The notes under the pieces are model-generated. The model was not told the origin of the DNA and made no database searches. It saw only the letters and a list, made by a program, of their open reading frames with translations. Both the position numbers and the translations under genes were made by a program. Positions 18,114-27,408 of a DNA stretch of 64,000 nucleotides are shown one piece after another (position 1 is the first letter of the stretch; every line of letters begins with the position of its first letter). Source of the stretch: Candidatus Pacearchaeota archaeon (GTDB taxonomy: Archaea; Nanobdellota; Nanobdellia; Pacearchaeales; JAPDKA01); contig JAWAZI010000004.1 of assembly GCA_038817835.1 (NCBI GenBank), positions 2,542-66,541 of the forward strand, written 5' to 3'.

Positions 18114-18536
18114 ATTTTTTATTTTTTCTTCAAATCTTTTAACAAAAAAAATAAAAGCATTTTCTATTTCATTTTCCATTATTTTTTCTCTCAAAAATAA
18201 AGCAGTTTCATAGCCTTTAACTTTTGGTTTTTTTAATTCTTCTCTAACTTTTTTTTCAAAATTTTTTAATGGTTCTAGAAAAAAATATTTTTCTAAATTT
18301 TTTGGATAATTTAAAAATGTATCTTTACCATTTGAAATATAAAATGTTGAATAATAAATAAAATAATTATCTTCTTCTTTTTGAAAATCAACTTTTTCTA
18401 TTTTTTTAGGATAATTTTTAAATAAAGTAATTGCAAGATCTAAACCTAGTTGATTATTTTCTAATTTTATTTCTAAATTTTTTTGATTTTTATATCTAAA
18501 TTTTTTAAAAATATCTTCAAGTATTTCTTTCACCAT
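18105..18536 (-). CDS. Hypothetical protein
   Basis: ORF only. It is convergent with the previous gene and overlaps it by 9 nt. Confidence 0.35.
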   Translation of the reverse strand: MVKEILEDIFKKFRYKNQKNLEIKLENNQLGLDLAITLFKNYPKKIEKVDFQKEEDNYFIYYSTFYISNGKDTFLNYPKNLEKYFFLEPLKNFEKKVREELKKPKVKGYETALFLREKIMENEIENAFIFFVKRFEEKIKNLS

Positions 18537-18590
18537 TTTAAAATAACAAAAAATCTTTTAAAAAATTTTCTATAAATAAATAAGAATTTT

Positions 18591-18824
18591 TTAAACTACA
18601 GGTGAAATGTAAAGTATTGTATCCCCTCTTATAAAAGCAAGACCTAATTTATTCTTTACTTTATCATTTTCTATCTCTTTTGTATCTTCTAAAACTAGAT
18701 TTATATGTATATCAAAAGCTAAAAGTTTTCCTACAATTTTTCTATCGTTTTTTAAATATATTATTATCTCTTTACCTTTTGATTTGTTCAATATATCTAA
18801 TGGTCTATTAATATTATTTTCCAT
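18591..18824 (-). CDS. Sm-like (LSm/SmAP) RNA-binding protein
   Basis: Sm1 motif is PLDILNKSKGKEIIIYLKNDRKIVGKLLAFDIHINLVLEDT. Sm2 motif is AFIRGDTILYISP. Confidence 0.85.
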   Translation of the reverse strand: MENNINRPLDILNKSKGKEIIIYLKNDRKIVGKLLAFDIHINLVLEDTKEIENDKVKNKLGLAFIRGDTILYISPVV

Positions 18825-18898
18825 TTTTAAGAATAAATTAATAGTTTTTAAATATTTTGATCGATAATTTTTTAAAAATTAAATATATTCTAATTTTT

Positions 18899-19258
18899 AT
18901 GTCAAAGAAAAAAATAACAGGAGGAAAACTAAGAAAACATAGAAAGAAAAGAAAAAGAGAGATAAAAAAATTCTTAAAAAAAGTAAAATTAGGAGAAAGA
19001 AAAATAAAAAAATTAAGAGCTTTAGGTGGAAACCAAAAAGTAGTTTTACTTCAAGATAATTATGTAAATGTAAAAGATAAGGATGGAAAAATAAAAAAAG
19101 TTAAAATATTAGATGTATTAGAAACTCCTGCAAATAAATTTTTCACAAGAGCAAAGATATTAACTAAAGGAACAATAATAAAAACTGAAATTGGAAAAGC
19201 AAAAATAACAAATAGGCCAGGTCAAGAAGGAATGATTAATGCAATTTTAATTGAATAG
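18899..19258 (+). CDS. rps8e: 30S ribosomal protein S8e
   Basis: ITGGKLRKHRKKRKRE...LRALGGNQKV...VLETPANKFFTRAKILTKGTIIKTEIGKAKITNRPGQEGMINAILIE. The ATG at 18899 is preferred over the TTG at 18857. Confidence 0.85.
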   Translation: MSKKKITGGKLRKHRKKRKREIKKFLKKVKLGERKIKKLRALGGNQKVVLLQDNYVNVKDKDGKIKKVKILDVLETPANKFFTRAKILTKGTIIKTEIGKAKITNRPGQEGMINAILIE

Positions 19259-19307
19259 AAAAATTTAAAAATAGAAATATTTAAAAAGAAAAATATTTTT
19301 AAATTTT

Positions 19308-20246
19308 ATGGTTAAAAAGAAGAAATGCCCTGAATGTGGTTCTACAAATTTAATATTTGATGAAGCAAGAGGTGAGTTTATCTGTGGTGATTGTGGTTTG
19401 GTTATTGAACAACATTACATAGAAAGGGGAAAAGAGTGGAGAGAGTTTGAAGATGGAAAAAGGCATGGAAGAACAGGTTCTCCTATAAGTTTACAAAAAT
19501 TTGATTTAGGTTTAGGAACAACTGTAGGAAAAAATATAGATTTATATAAGCTTTCTACAGAAACAAAAACAAGAAGATTTTTTAGATTAAAAAAATGGCA
19601 AGAAAGAGTTGGAGCTAGTATAGAAAGAAATTTGAGATTAGCAATTGCAGAATTAACAAGGATAGCTAGCTATTTAAATTTACCTAATTCTATTAGAGAT
19701 GAGGCTGCAAGAATATATAATTTAGTTTTACAAAAAGGATTAATAAGAGGTAGAAATATAGAAAGTATTGTTGCTGCTTGTATTTATGCTGCATGCAGAA
19801 ATTTTGGGAGTCCTAGAACATTAAGTGAAATTGCAGAAGCAACAAATATAGAAAAAAAAGAAATAGGAAGAACTCACAGATTTATAATGAGAAGGATAGA
19901 TATAAAAATAAAGCCATCTGATGCTAAAGATTATATAATAAGGTTCTCTTCACTTCTAAAACTTTCACCAAAAACTCAAAAAGATGCATTGAAAATATTA
20001 AAAAAAGCTGAAAAGGCAGAACTAACAAGTGGAAGAGGACCTAGTGGAATTGCTGCAGCTGCTCTTTATATTAGTTCTTTATTAAATAATGAGAAAAAAA
20101 CTCAAAGAGAAATTGCTGATATAGTTGGAGTAACAGAAGTAACTATAAGAAATAGATATAAAGAATTAGTTAATTTATTAAGCTCTGCAGAAAAGAAAAA
20201 AATAAAAGAACAAGAAAAGCAATTAAGTAAAAAATCTAAATATTAA
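19308..20246 (+). CDS. tfb: Transcription initiation factor IIB (TFB)
   Basis: N-terminal Zn ribbon CPECGSTNLIFDEARGEFICGDCGLV, followed by two cyclin-fold repeats (RGRNIESIVAACIYAACR and SGRGPSGIAAAALYISS). Confidence 0.95.
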   Translation: MVKKKKCPECGSTNLIFDEARGEFICGDCGLVIEQHYIERGKEWREFEDGKRHGRTGSPISLQKFDLGLGTTVGKNIDLYKLSTETKTRRFFRLKKWQERVGASIERNLRLAIAELTRIASYLNLPNSIRDEAARIYNLVLQKGLIRGRNIESIVAACIYAACRNFGSPRTLSEIAEATNIEKKEIGRTHRFIMRRIDIKIKPSDAKDYIIRFSSLLKLSPKTQKDALKILKKAEKAELTSGRGPSGIAAAALYISSLLNNEKKTQREIADIVGVTEVTIRNRYKELVNLLSSAEKKKIKEQEKQLSKKSKY

Positions 20247-21138
20247 TAATTTCTAAATCTTTAGCTAAAAAAACATTTTTAATTTCTTTTTTAATTTCTT
20301 TTAAAAGTTCTTCTTCTTTTCCTTCGTATCTTTCACTTATATGAGTGATAAAATTAATTTTTGTTTTTGATTTTTTTATTATTTCAATAACATCATTGGT
20401 AGTTAAATGAAAATAACTTTCAGCAAGATCTTGAAGTTCAGATTTATAAACACATTCAATAATCAATAAATCGCTATCTTTTGATAAATCAAAAATATTA
20501 TCACATTTTTTTGTATCTAAAATTATTGATATCTTTCTTCCTTTTATTTTATAAGTTGCTTCTTTAGGAGTTATTTTTTTACCTTTAAAAATTATAGATT
20601 TTCCTTGCTTCAATTTTTTAAATAAAATTGATGGCCCAATCATCTTTACATATTTTTCTTTTATTTTTATTTTATCTTTTTCATTAAATGAATATCCATA
20701 AACATCTGTAGTATGAACTAATTTTTTATAATATATAAAAAAATCATCAAATTCTATTTTACCTTCTTTTTTTACTATTTCATTAATTGAAATTTTTATT
20801 TTTTTTATTATAGGAAAAAAACTTGTTATAAAATTTATATAATTTTTTATTCCTCTTGGACCATAAATTTCCAAACATTTCTCATAATTATTTAAAGCCA
20901 TTGTTTGTAATAAACCGGCTAAACCCAAAATATGATCTGCATGTAAATGGGTTATAAATATTTTGTTTATTCTTAAAGGACTTATATTAGCTTTTTTTAA
21001 TTGTCTTTGAGTTCCTTCACCGCAATCAAACATAATATAATTTCCTTTAAAAATAATTAATATTGACGTGTGATTCCTTTCTTTAGTTGGAGCACTTGCA
21101 GATGTTCCCAAAAAAATAACTTTTATTTCTTCCATCAC
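20236..21138 (-). CDS. rnz: Ribonuclease Z (tRNA 3' endonuclease, metallo-beta-lactamase fold)
   Basis: FLGTSASAPTKERNHTSILI...FDCGEGTQRQL...ITHLHADHILGLAGLL is the HxHxDH motif in an RNase Z context. Confidence 0.85.
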   Translation of the reverse strand: MMEEIKVIFLGTSASAPTKERNHTSILIIFKGNYIMFDCGEGTQRQLKKANISPLRINKIFITHLHADHILGLAGLLQTMALNNYEKCLEIYGPRGIKNYINFITSFFPIIKKIKISINEIVKKEGKIEFDDFFIYYKKLVHTTDVYGYSFNEKDKIKIKEKYVKMIGPSILFKKLKQGKSIIFKGKKITPKEATYKIKGRKISIILDTKKCDNIFDLSKDSDLLIIECVYKSELQDLAESYFHLTTNDVIEIIKKSKTKINFITHISERYEGKEEELLKEIKKEIKNVFLAKDLEIINI

Positions 21139-21194
21139 TTTTTAATATTTTTTAATATAAAAAATTTTTTAACTTCTTATTGAAAATATATTCT

Positions 21195-21695
21195 ATGATA
21201 AAAGTTGAGAAAAAAGGAAAGTTATTTATAACTATAGATAAAAACGCATTTCAACTTTACTCAAGATCTTTCTTTGGAGATAAAAAAGATAATTTCATAA
21301 TTTATACGCCTCAAGAAGTTTTATATTTATTAAAAAAAAATAAAATAAATCTATTTGAAAAAAATAAAAAAATATCTTTTAATCAGCTTTTAAAAAAATT
21401 AAATGAAAAAGAAATTGATGAATATATAGTTTTTGAAGATTTAAGAAATAGAGGTTATATATTAAAATCTGGTTTAAAATTTGGTGGAGATTTTATTATT
21501 TATGATAAAGGTAAAAAACCTAACAAGGATCATTCAGATTGGGTATTGATAATATTTAAAAGAAATAAAAACATAAATATTAAAGATTTTGTATCGAAAA
21601 TTAGAGTGGCAACATCAACAAATAAAAAATTATTAATAGCATTAGTAGAAGAAAAGAAAATAGTTTATTATGAAGTAAAATGGAAAAAGATGTAA
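21195..21695 (+). CDS. endA: tRNA-splicing endonuclease
   Basis: YIVFEDLRNRGYILKSGLKFGGDFIIYDKG...HSDWVLI is the EndA catalytic-domain pattern. The ATG at 21195 is preferred over the TTG at 21180. Confidence 0.8.
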   Translation: MIKVEKKGKLFITIDKNAFQLYSRSFFGDKKDNFIIYTPQEVLYLLKKNKINLFEKNKKISFNQLLKKLNEKEIDEYIVFEDLRNRGYILKSGLKFGGDFIIYDKGKKPNKDHSDWVLIIFKRNKNINIKDFVSKIRVATSTNKKLLIALVEEKKIVYYEVKWKKM

Positions 21696-22537
21696 AATTT
21701 ATAGGTATAAGTATAAAGGATGAAATAATAAATTTTATAAAAATAAATGGACCTAGTTTAGCTAGTGAAATAGCGAAAAGAATAAATAAACCAACTTATA
21801 TAACATCTGCTATACTTTCAGAAATGGTTGATAACAATTTAATAAGAAGTACAAACATAAAAATTGGTAGTTCTCCAATATATTTTCTTGATTCACAACT
21901 TCCTCAATTAGAAAGATTTCAAGAATATTTAAATGAGAAAGAAAAAGAAGTTTTAGATATTTTAAAAAAGAATAAAATATTGTATAACGAAAAAATTGAT
22001 ATCGAAACAAGATTAATATTAAATAAATTAAAAGATTTTGCAATTCCTTTAAAAATAAAAATAAATGATGAAGAAATTATAATTTGGAAATATTTTTTAG
22101 TTGAAAATTCTGAAATTGAAAACATAATAAGTAAACTTGAGAAACCAGAAAGAAAAGAAATTGAGGAAATAAAAGAGATAAAAGAAAAAGAAATGCAAAA
22201 AAAACTTGAAGTAAAAATTAAGAAAAAAATCAAAAGGGAAAAAAGAAAAAAATCAAATGAAGAATTTGTTAGTTATATAGAAAAAAACTTTGAAAATATA
22301 GAAAAAATTTCTGAAGAAATTTATATAGGAATAAAAAATATAATAGATAATGAAATTAAGTTTTTGTTAATTATAAAGAACAAAAAAAGAATAGACGATG
22401 TTGATATTTTGAGATGTTTAAGAGAAGTTGAAGAAAGAAAAATGCCAGCAATTCTATTAACTAAAGCAAAAATAACAAAAAAAGCAAAAGAATTAATTGA
22501 TAAAAGTGGAAGTTTATTAATTATTAAAAATTTATAA
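21680..22537 (+). CDS. Winged-helix (probably tandem wHTH) protein, function unknown
   Basis: FIKINGPSLASEIAKRINKPTYITSAILSEMVDNNLIRSTNIKIGSSPIYFL is wHTH-like. It is followed by a second similar segment, a K/E-rich linker and a C-terminal globular domain. Confidence 0.4.
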   Translation: MEKDVKFIGISIKDEIINFIKINGPSLASEIAKRINKPTYITSAILSEMVDNNLIRSTNIKIGSSPIYFLDSQLPQLERFQEYLNEKEKEVLDILKKNKILYNEKIDIETRLILNKLKDFAIPLKIKINDEEIIIWKYFLVENSEIENIISKLEKPERKEIEEIKEIKEKEMQKKLEVKIKKKIKREKRKKSNEEFVSYIEKNFENIEKISEEIYIGIKNIIDNEIKFLLIIKNKKRIDDVDILRCLREVEERKMPAILLTKAKITKKAKELIDKSGSLLIIKNL

Positions 22538-23002
22538 AACAAAACTTTCTTTTATATTTTTTATTTTCTTTTTGGATAACATAAATAAAATTTCCTCCAA
22601 TTTATTTTCATCTTTAATTTTATTTCTTAATTTATTTATTATTGGATTAATTCTTTTATAAGCATAAATTGCTGATGCTAAAGCATCAAGCTCATGTTTA
22701 TTATTAATACTGAGATCTGTATATCCTCTAATTAATTTCCTCTTTTTCTCTATTTTTAAATCTTCATCAGGATTTATTATATTAATTTTTAATCTTCTCG
22801 ATATTTTTTTAATTGATGAACTTATATTTTTTTTATCGAATCCTAAATAAATTGGTGTACCATACTGAAAAATTTTTTTAATAATAAAATCTATATTTTT
22901 ATTTTTATCTGAGTAAAGTAAAATTATTTTTCCAGAGATTGCATCTATCAAACATAAACTAAAAGTTTTTCCGGGATCGAAACCTACAATGAGTAATGTC
23001 AT
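22532..23002 (-). CDS. RNase H-fold protein resembling the N-terminal domain of archaeal DUF460 proteins
   Basis: LLIVGFDPGKTFSLCLIDAISGK is the first strand with an acidic residue. NKHELDALASAIYAYK is the C-terminal helix. This is much shorter than the full-length DUF460 proteins I recall. Confidence 0.45.
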   Translation of the reverse strand: MTLLIVGFDPGKTFSLCLIDAISGKIILLYSDKNKNIDFIIKKIFQYGTPIYLGFDKKNISSSIKKISRRLKINIINPDEDLKIEKKRKLIRGYTDLSINNKHELDALASAIYAYKRINPIINKLRNKIKDENKLEEILFMLSKKKIKNIKESFVL

Positions 23003-23010
23003 TTTAAATT

Positions 23011-24372
23011 TTAAGATAGTTTAATAAACCAAAAAAACATTAACAAAAATAAAATAAATATTATTATTGCATTTGTTATATTATATAAAATTGATGCAAT
23101 TTTTTTATTTTTAAAAATTAATAAAAATGTTAAATAAATAGACTTTCCCCCATCAAGAAATCCAAAAGGAAGCATATTAAAAAACGCTACACTTAAACCA
23201 ATAATTGCTATCCAATAAAATAAATCTCTAAAAAAATCAAAAATTTCATTAATAGCTTTTGTTTTTAAATAAGGATTAAACTTATAATATTGAAATAAAA
23301 ATAAATACATAATTTTATTAGTTATAGGTACAAAAGATATTCCTAAAAAACCCTTAGATAAATTTTTAGGATGTGAAGTTAATTCTATTTCATATTCTTT
23401 TATCTCTGTTTTTATTTTTATTTTATCACCAGGCTTCTTATTTTCTAAAATTTTTATTATTTCTCTTATATGCTCAACTTTTTTTCCATCAACCTCGATT
23501 ATTGCTCCAGTCAAATTTGCTTTATAGGCAGGAGAATCTATATATAAAATAATTTTATCACTTTTTCCTTTTATTATCAAATCTTTCTGTGATTCCCATA
23601 ATTCTTTTGTTAAGTAATAAGTATTATTATTTATCTCAAATTTAATAGGAAATGAATAATTTGAATTATTTAAATTAATTCCTAAATTTGATATATTTAC
23701 TTCTTCGATAGCTAGAAAATATCCATGAACCCCTATTGGTTGATAAAATAATAAAAAGAAAATTTGTAAAATTAAAATAAAAATTAAAGCTACTAAAAAA
23801 TTTGCAAATGATCCTGCAGAAAGTATAGCTAATTGATTTTTTATCTTTTTTTTATTCATTTCTTTCTCATCTGGTTCTACAAATGCTAATATAAAAGGAC
23901 CTAAAAAACCAAAACCAGTTGATTTTATTTTTATATCATAAGCTCTTGCAAAAATTCCATGAGCAAATTCATGGGATACTGCAATAATTAAAATTATTAT
24001 AATCCAATAAATAAAATAAAATGGTGGTAAAAATTTTATTTTAAATATTTCTGTTATATAAGGAAATATTGGTATTATTGGTGGAATATTTGGAACTGTT
24101 TTTGCAATATAAAAAATTTTTAATGTAAATAAAAAAAGAAATATAGAAATTATTAAAAATAAATAACCAAAAAATATAGAAAAATAAGAAATTATATAAA
24201 TTAATTTTTTATTTCTTCTTGAGAATTTATCTATAAAATTTAAGCCTTTTTTTGTTCTATATAGAAAAAATATCCCTTCTCTCTTTAATTTTTTTTTATT
24301 TTTGAATAAAAATATTAATAAAAAAATTATAAAGAAAATTAAAAATATTGCATCTAATATATAAAAATTCAT
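23011..24372 (-). CDS. Site-2 protease (peptidase M50) with PDZ-like insert
   Basis: HExxH motif is SHEFAHGIFARAY. The second ligand motif is FNMLPFGFLDGGKSIY. It is polytopic, with a soluble insert (PGDKIKIKTEIKEYEI) that looks PDZ-like. Confidence 0.8.
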   Translation of the reverse strand: MNFYILDAIFLIFFIIFLLIFLFKNKKKLKREGIFFLYRTKKGLNFIDKFSRRNKKLIYIISYFSIFFGYLFLIISIFLFLFTLKIFYIAKTVPNIPPIIPIFPYITEIFKIKFLPPFYFIYWIIIILIIAVSHEFAHGIFARAYDIKIKSTGFGFLGPFILAFVEPDEKEMNKKKIKNQLAILSAGSFANFLVALIFILILQIFFLLFYQPIGVHGYFLAIEEVNISNLGINLNNSNYSFPIKFEINNNTYYLTKELWESQKDLIIKGKSDKIILYIDSPAYKANLTGAIIEVDGKKVEHIREIIKILENKKPGDKIKIKTEIKEYEIELTSHPKNLSKGFLGISFVPITNKIMYLFLFQYYKFNPYLKTKAINEIFDFFRDLFYWIAIIGLSVAFFNMLPFGFLDGGKSIYLTFLLIFKNKKIASILYNITNAIIIFILFLLMFFWFIKLS

Positions 24373-24530
24373 TTTCTCCTAATAGGTCTTAGAGCTTTAC
24401 TTTTACATTTTCTACATTTAGCTTTTCCTGCCATAACTTTACTAGGATGAACTCTAATTTTACTTTTACATTTTCTACAAACAAAAAGATTTTTAAAAAG
24501 CCTATTTTGTGCAGCAGGTATTTTTGCCAT
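24369..24530 (-). CDS. rpl40e: 50S ribosomal protein L40e
   Basis: Not in the ORF track (53 aa). My translation is MAKIPAAQNRLFKNLFVCRKCKSKIRVHPSKVMAGKAKCRKCKSKALRPIRRK. It has a CxxC...CxxC zinc ribbon, and its stop overlaps the M50 start (ATGA). Confidence 0.8.
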   Translation of the reverse strand: MAKIPAAQNRLFKNLFVCRKCKSKIRVHPSKVMAGKAKCRKCKSKALRPIRRK

Positions 24531-24535
24531 TTTGA

Positions 24536-24925
24536 TTATATTCTTCTTTTAACTATTTTTACTCCCTCAACATCCCAATATTCAACATTATCTCCCTCAC
24601 TTATTTTTCCCAATGCTTCTTCATCTATTATCATATCGAATGTCTCAAAACTATCTAAATCCATAACATTAGCTTTTTTTTCAAATATAGATAAAACTTG
24701 TCCTCTCTTTTTTTCTATTAAAGGTACTCCGACTTTCTCGTGACCAGGCATAACAGCAATTCTCTTTTTTCCATCAATTATTCCAATAGCTTCAATTCTA
24801 ACTTTACTAGCACCATGTTTCCCTGTTTTACTTATATCAATTCTTTTTAAAACACATGGAGCATCATCAATAATTAAATAGTTCCCTTCTTTCAAACTTG
24901 TTGCTTCAACAAATTTATAGACCAT
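24536..24925 (-). CDS. eif5a: Translation initiation factor 5A (aIF5A)
   Basis: Hypusine loop is ISKTGKHGASKVRIEAIGI. An OB-fold C-terminal half follows. Confidence 0.9.
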   Translation of the reverse strand: MVYKFVEATSLKEGNYLIIDDAPCVLKRIDISKTGKHGASKVRIEAIGIIDGKKRIAVMPGHEKVGVPLIEKKRGQVLSIFEKKANVMDLDSFETFDMIIDEEALGKISEGDNVEYWDVEGVKIVKRRI

Positions 24926-24974
24926 GAATATTTTAAAATTGAAAGTTTTTTAAATTTTTTTAATTTTATTATTT

Positions 24975-25661
24975 ATGGAAAAAATATATAATGATTTAAT
25001 AAATTTATTTTTAGCATCAGTTATTGCTGCATTTTGTATAGCTTTATTTAAAATTGAAAATTATTTTTACTATTTATTTCCATGTTTACTATTTTTCTTT
25101 TTAACTTATTTTGTCAAAAGAATTGTTTCTCAAAAATTTTTATATTATGATATTGAATCGAAATTTTTATCTATAAAAAGATTTTGGTTCTCAGATCAAT
25201 CTAAAATTCCATTTCCATTTCCAATTGGTATTTTTTTTGCTTTATTTTTTTCATTAATAAGTTATGGTGGAATACAGATTTTAGCTTTATTAGGATATGA
25301 ATATAAAGAAAAGATAGGAAGAATAAGAAAAAAATATAGATTAAGAGAACAAGATTTAACAACTATATCTGTAATTAGTTTACTTTCTGGATATTTATTG
25401 CTATTAATCTTTTATATCTCAAATTTAGATGAATTTGCAAAAGTAATTGCATGGCTTTTATTTTCATGTTCTTTACCATTCGGAAGCTTGGAAGGATCAA
25501 GAATATTTCATGCAAATTGGATATTGTGGATATTTTATTTCTCTCTTTTTTCGCTCTCCTTAATATTAGTTAATATCACACAAAAATTTATGTTAATTAT
25601 CTTAGCTTTAATATTTGCAATTTTAATAGGACTTTACTTTTTATATAAATATATAAAATAA
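24975..25661 (+). CDS. Polytopic membrane protein, possible M50-like pseudo-protease
   Basis: SLPFGSLEGSRIF resembles the M50 NxxPxxxLDG motif of the neighbouring true S2P (MLPFGFLDGGKSIY). No HExxH is present; TYFVKRIVSQKF sits at the equivalent place. Confidence 0.35.
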   Translation: MEKIYNDLINLFLASVIAAFCIALFKIENYFYYLFPCLLFFFLTYFVKRIVSQKFLYYDIESKFLSIKRFWFSDQSKIPFPFPIGIFFALFFSLISYGGIQILALLGYEYKEKIGRIRKKYRLREQDLTTISVISLLSGYLLLLIFYISNLDEFAKVIAWLLFSCSLPFGSLEGSRIFHANWILWIFYFSLFSLSLILVNITQKFMLIILALIFAILIGLYFLYKYIK

Positions 25662-25706
25662 AAAAATTTATAAAACTAAAAAAATTAAAAAATAATTCCT
25701 TTTGCA

Positions 25707-25730
25707 CTACTACATTCTTTAATGTAGTAG
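25707..25730 (+). promoter_or_regulatory. 10-bp perfect hairpin immediately upstream of the L1 start; candidate L1 autoregulatory or translational element
   Basis: The hairpin is ctactacatt-cttt-aatgtagtag. It is followed directly by gaggaaaaaa and the ATG at 25740. Confidence 0.3.
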
Positions 25731-25739
25731 GAGGAAAAA

Positions 25740-26366
25740 ATGGATATAAAAAAAGCAGTAGAAGAATTAATAAAAAATAGTAAAAAAAGAAATTTTATTC
25801 AAACAATTGATTTAATTATAAATTTAAAAAATTTGGATATAAAAAAAGAAAAAATAAATTTTTATTTTGAGATTCCTTATCCAATAAAAGAAAAAAAAGT
25901 TTGTTTGATTTCTGAAAAAAGTGAAGATATTCTTAAAAATATTTTAGATGTTATAGTTTGGAAAGATATAGAAAATTTAAGTTTAAAAGAATTTAAAAAA
26001 ATAGAGAAAAAATATGATTACTTCATCGCTTTATCAAAACTTATACCATCAATTGCAAAAAATTTTGGTAAGATTCTTGGCTCAAGAAAAAAAATGCCAG
26101 ATCCACAAATTGGATGTATAATTAATGAGATTGATGAAAATAAAATTAAAAAATTGGTAGAAAAATTGAAAAAAACTATAAAAATTAAGAATGATGGAAA
26201 TTCTATAAAATTAGCTATAGGAAAAGAGAATATGGAAATAGAAAAAATTGAAGAAAATTTCAATTCTTTTTATAATAAATTAAAACAAAATTTACCTCAG
26301 GGAGAGGGAAATATAAAAGAAATATTATTAAAATTAACAATGTCAAAACCAATAAAATTAAAATGA
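25740..26366 (+). CDS. rpl1: 50S ribosomal protein L1
   Basis: FIQTIDLIINLKNLDIKK...FGKILGSRKKMPDPQIG. It is the first gene of an L1-L10-L12 operon. Confidence 0.85.
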   Translation: MDIKKAVEELIKNSKKRNFIQTIDLIINLKNLDIKKEKINFYFEIPYPIKEKKVCLISEKSEDILKNILDVIVWKDIENLSLKEFKKIEKKYDYFIALSKLIPSIAKNFGKILGSRKKMPDPQIGCIINEIDENKIKKLVEKLKKTIKIKNDGNSIKLAIGKENMEIEKIEENFNSFYNKLKQNLPQGEGNIKEILLKLTMSKPIKLK

Positions 26367-27127
26367 GATCAAAAGAATTAAAAATAAAAAAAGTTAAAGA
26401 AATAACTAATCTATGCAAAGAAAAAAATTTTCTAATAATATCTAATATAGAAAAAATTAATGCAAATAAGTTTAAAGAAATAAAAAGAAAATTGAAAGAT
26501 GATTGTATAATTAAAGTAATAAAAAAATCAATATTATTGAAAGTTCTTGAAAATATAAATTTAGAAAAAAAACAAATTGAAGAAATAGAAAAAGAAATAA
26601 ACAAACCTTTTTGTATAATAATTACTAATATAGACATTTTTAGAATTGCTTCAATTCTTGAGGAAAATAAATTTTTTACATATTTAAAAGCAGGAGAAAT
26701 ATTAAAAGAAGATTTTGTTATAAAAAAAGGTCCAACACATTTATTACCAATGGAAATGGCTGAATTAAATAAAGCTGGTTTACAAGTTGGTGTAGAGAAA
26801 GGTAAAGTAGTAATAAAACAAGATTTTATACTAAAGAAAAATGAAATTTTAACTCAAGAAATGGCTAATATATTACAAAAACTTGATATAAAACCATTAA
26901 AAATAGGTTTGAATGTTGATATAGGAATTGATATAAAAAATAAAAAAATTTATAAAAATATAATAATAGATAAAGAAAAAGAAAGAGAAAAATTAATAAA
27001 AGGAATAAACTTTGGTTTAAATCTTGCATTAGGAATAAATTATATATCAAGATATACAATAAATTCATTAATTCAAAAAGCTTTAATTTATGCTAATCAA
27101 TTAAATAAATTTATAGAAAAAAAATGA
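26363..27127 (+). CDS. rpl10: 50S ribosomal protein L10 (P0)
   Basis: Its position between L1 and L12, ATGA coupling, 254-aa size and stalk-base layout support this call. Confidence 0.75.
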   Translation: MRSKELKIKKVKEITNLCKEKNFLIISNIEKINANKFKEIKRKLKDDCIIKVIKKSILLKVLENINLEKKQIEEIEKEINKPFCIIITNIDIFRIASILEENKFFTYLKAGEILKEDFVIKKGPTHLLPMEMAELNKAGLQVGVEKGKVVIKQDFILKKNEILTQEMANILQKLDIKPLKIGLNVDIGIDIKNKKIYKNIIIDKEKEREKLIKGINFGLNLALGINYISRYTINSLIQKALIYANQLNKFIEKK

Positions 27128-27408
27128 AATACATATATGCTGCATTATTGCTTCATGAAGCTGGAAAAGAAATAAATGAAGAAAATTTGAAGAAGGTAAT
27201 TAGTAGTATAGATGAAGTAGATGAAGCAAAAATAAAAATATTGGTTGAGAGTTTGAGAGGGGTAAATATTGAGGAATTAATAAAGTCTGCTCCAACTACA
27301 GTAACAACAAGCGAAACAAAAGAAAAAGTTGAAGAGAAAAAGGAAGAGAAAAAGGAAGAAAGAATTGAAGAAATATCTATAGAGGGTTTAGCTTCTCTTT
27401 TTGGTTAA
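27124..27408 (+). CDS. rpl12: 50S ribosomal stalk protein L12 (P1)
   Basis: MKYIYAALLLHEAGKEINEENLKKVI is followed by an acidic EEKKEEKKEE linker and the C-terminal GLASLFG. Confidence 0.9.
   Translation: MKYIYAALLLHEAGKEINEENLKKVISSIDEVDEAKIKILVESLRGVNIEELIKSAPTTVTTSETKEKVEEKKEEKKEERIEEISIEGLASLFG

Noticed and set aside
17104-18536. Three small unknown genes around tRNA-Leu(CAA), considered as an integrated element or toxin-antitoxin pair (the 131-aa protein has a faint RelE/ParE-like KIRIAWHIEGDNFYIDDFLYH segment)
   Set aside because: There is no integrase, no duplicated tRNA 3' end and no antitoxin-like HTH/RHH partner in the expected orientation. The toxin resemblance is a single short segment.
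25730-25734. GGAGG strings upstream of L1 (25730-25734) and of the A24 peptidase (40009-40013), considered as Shine-Dalgarno sites
   Set aside because: The 16S 3' tail in this window has no CCUCC to pair with them, and other gene starts lack the motif. The L1 copy is also the 3' flank of a hairpin. They are kept only as counter-evidence in the anti-SD finding.
27330-27370. Short periodic repeats (for example gaagagaaaaaggaagagaaaaaggaagaa) and similar K/E-coding periodicities elsewhere, checked as possible CRISPR or other repeat arrays
   Set aside because: They lie inside coding regions (here the acidic stalk tail of L12). The units are under 15 nt with no spacers. No CRISPR-like repeat-spacer structure or cas gene was seen anywhere in the window.
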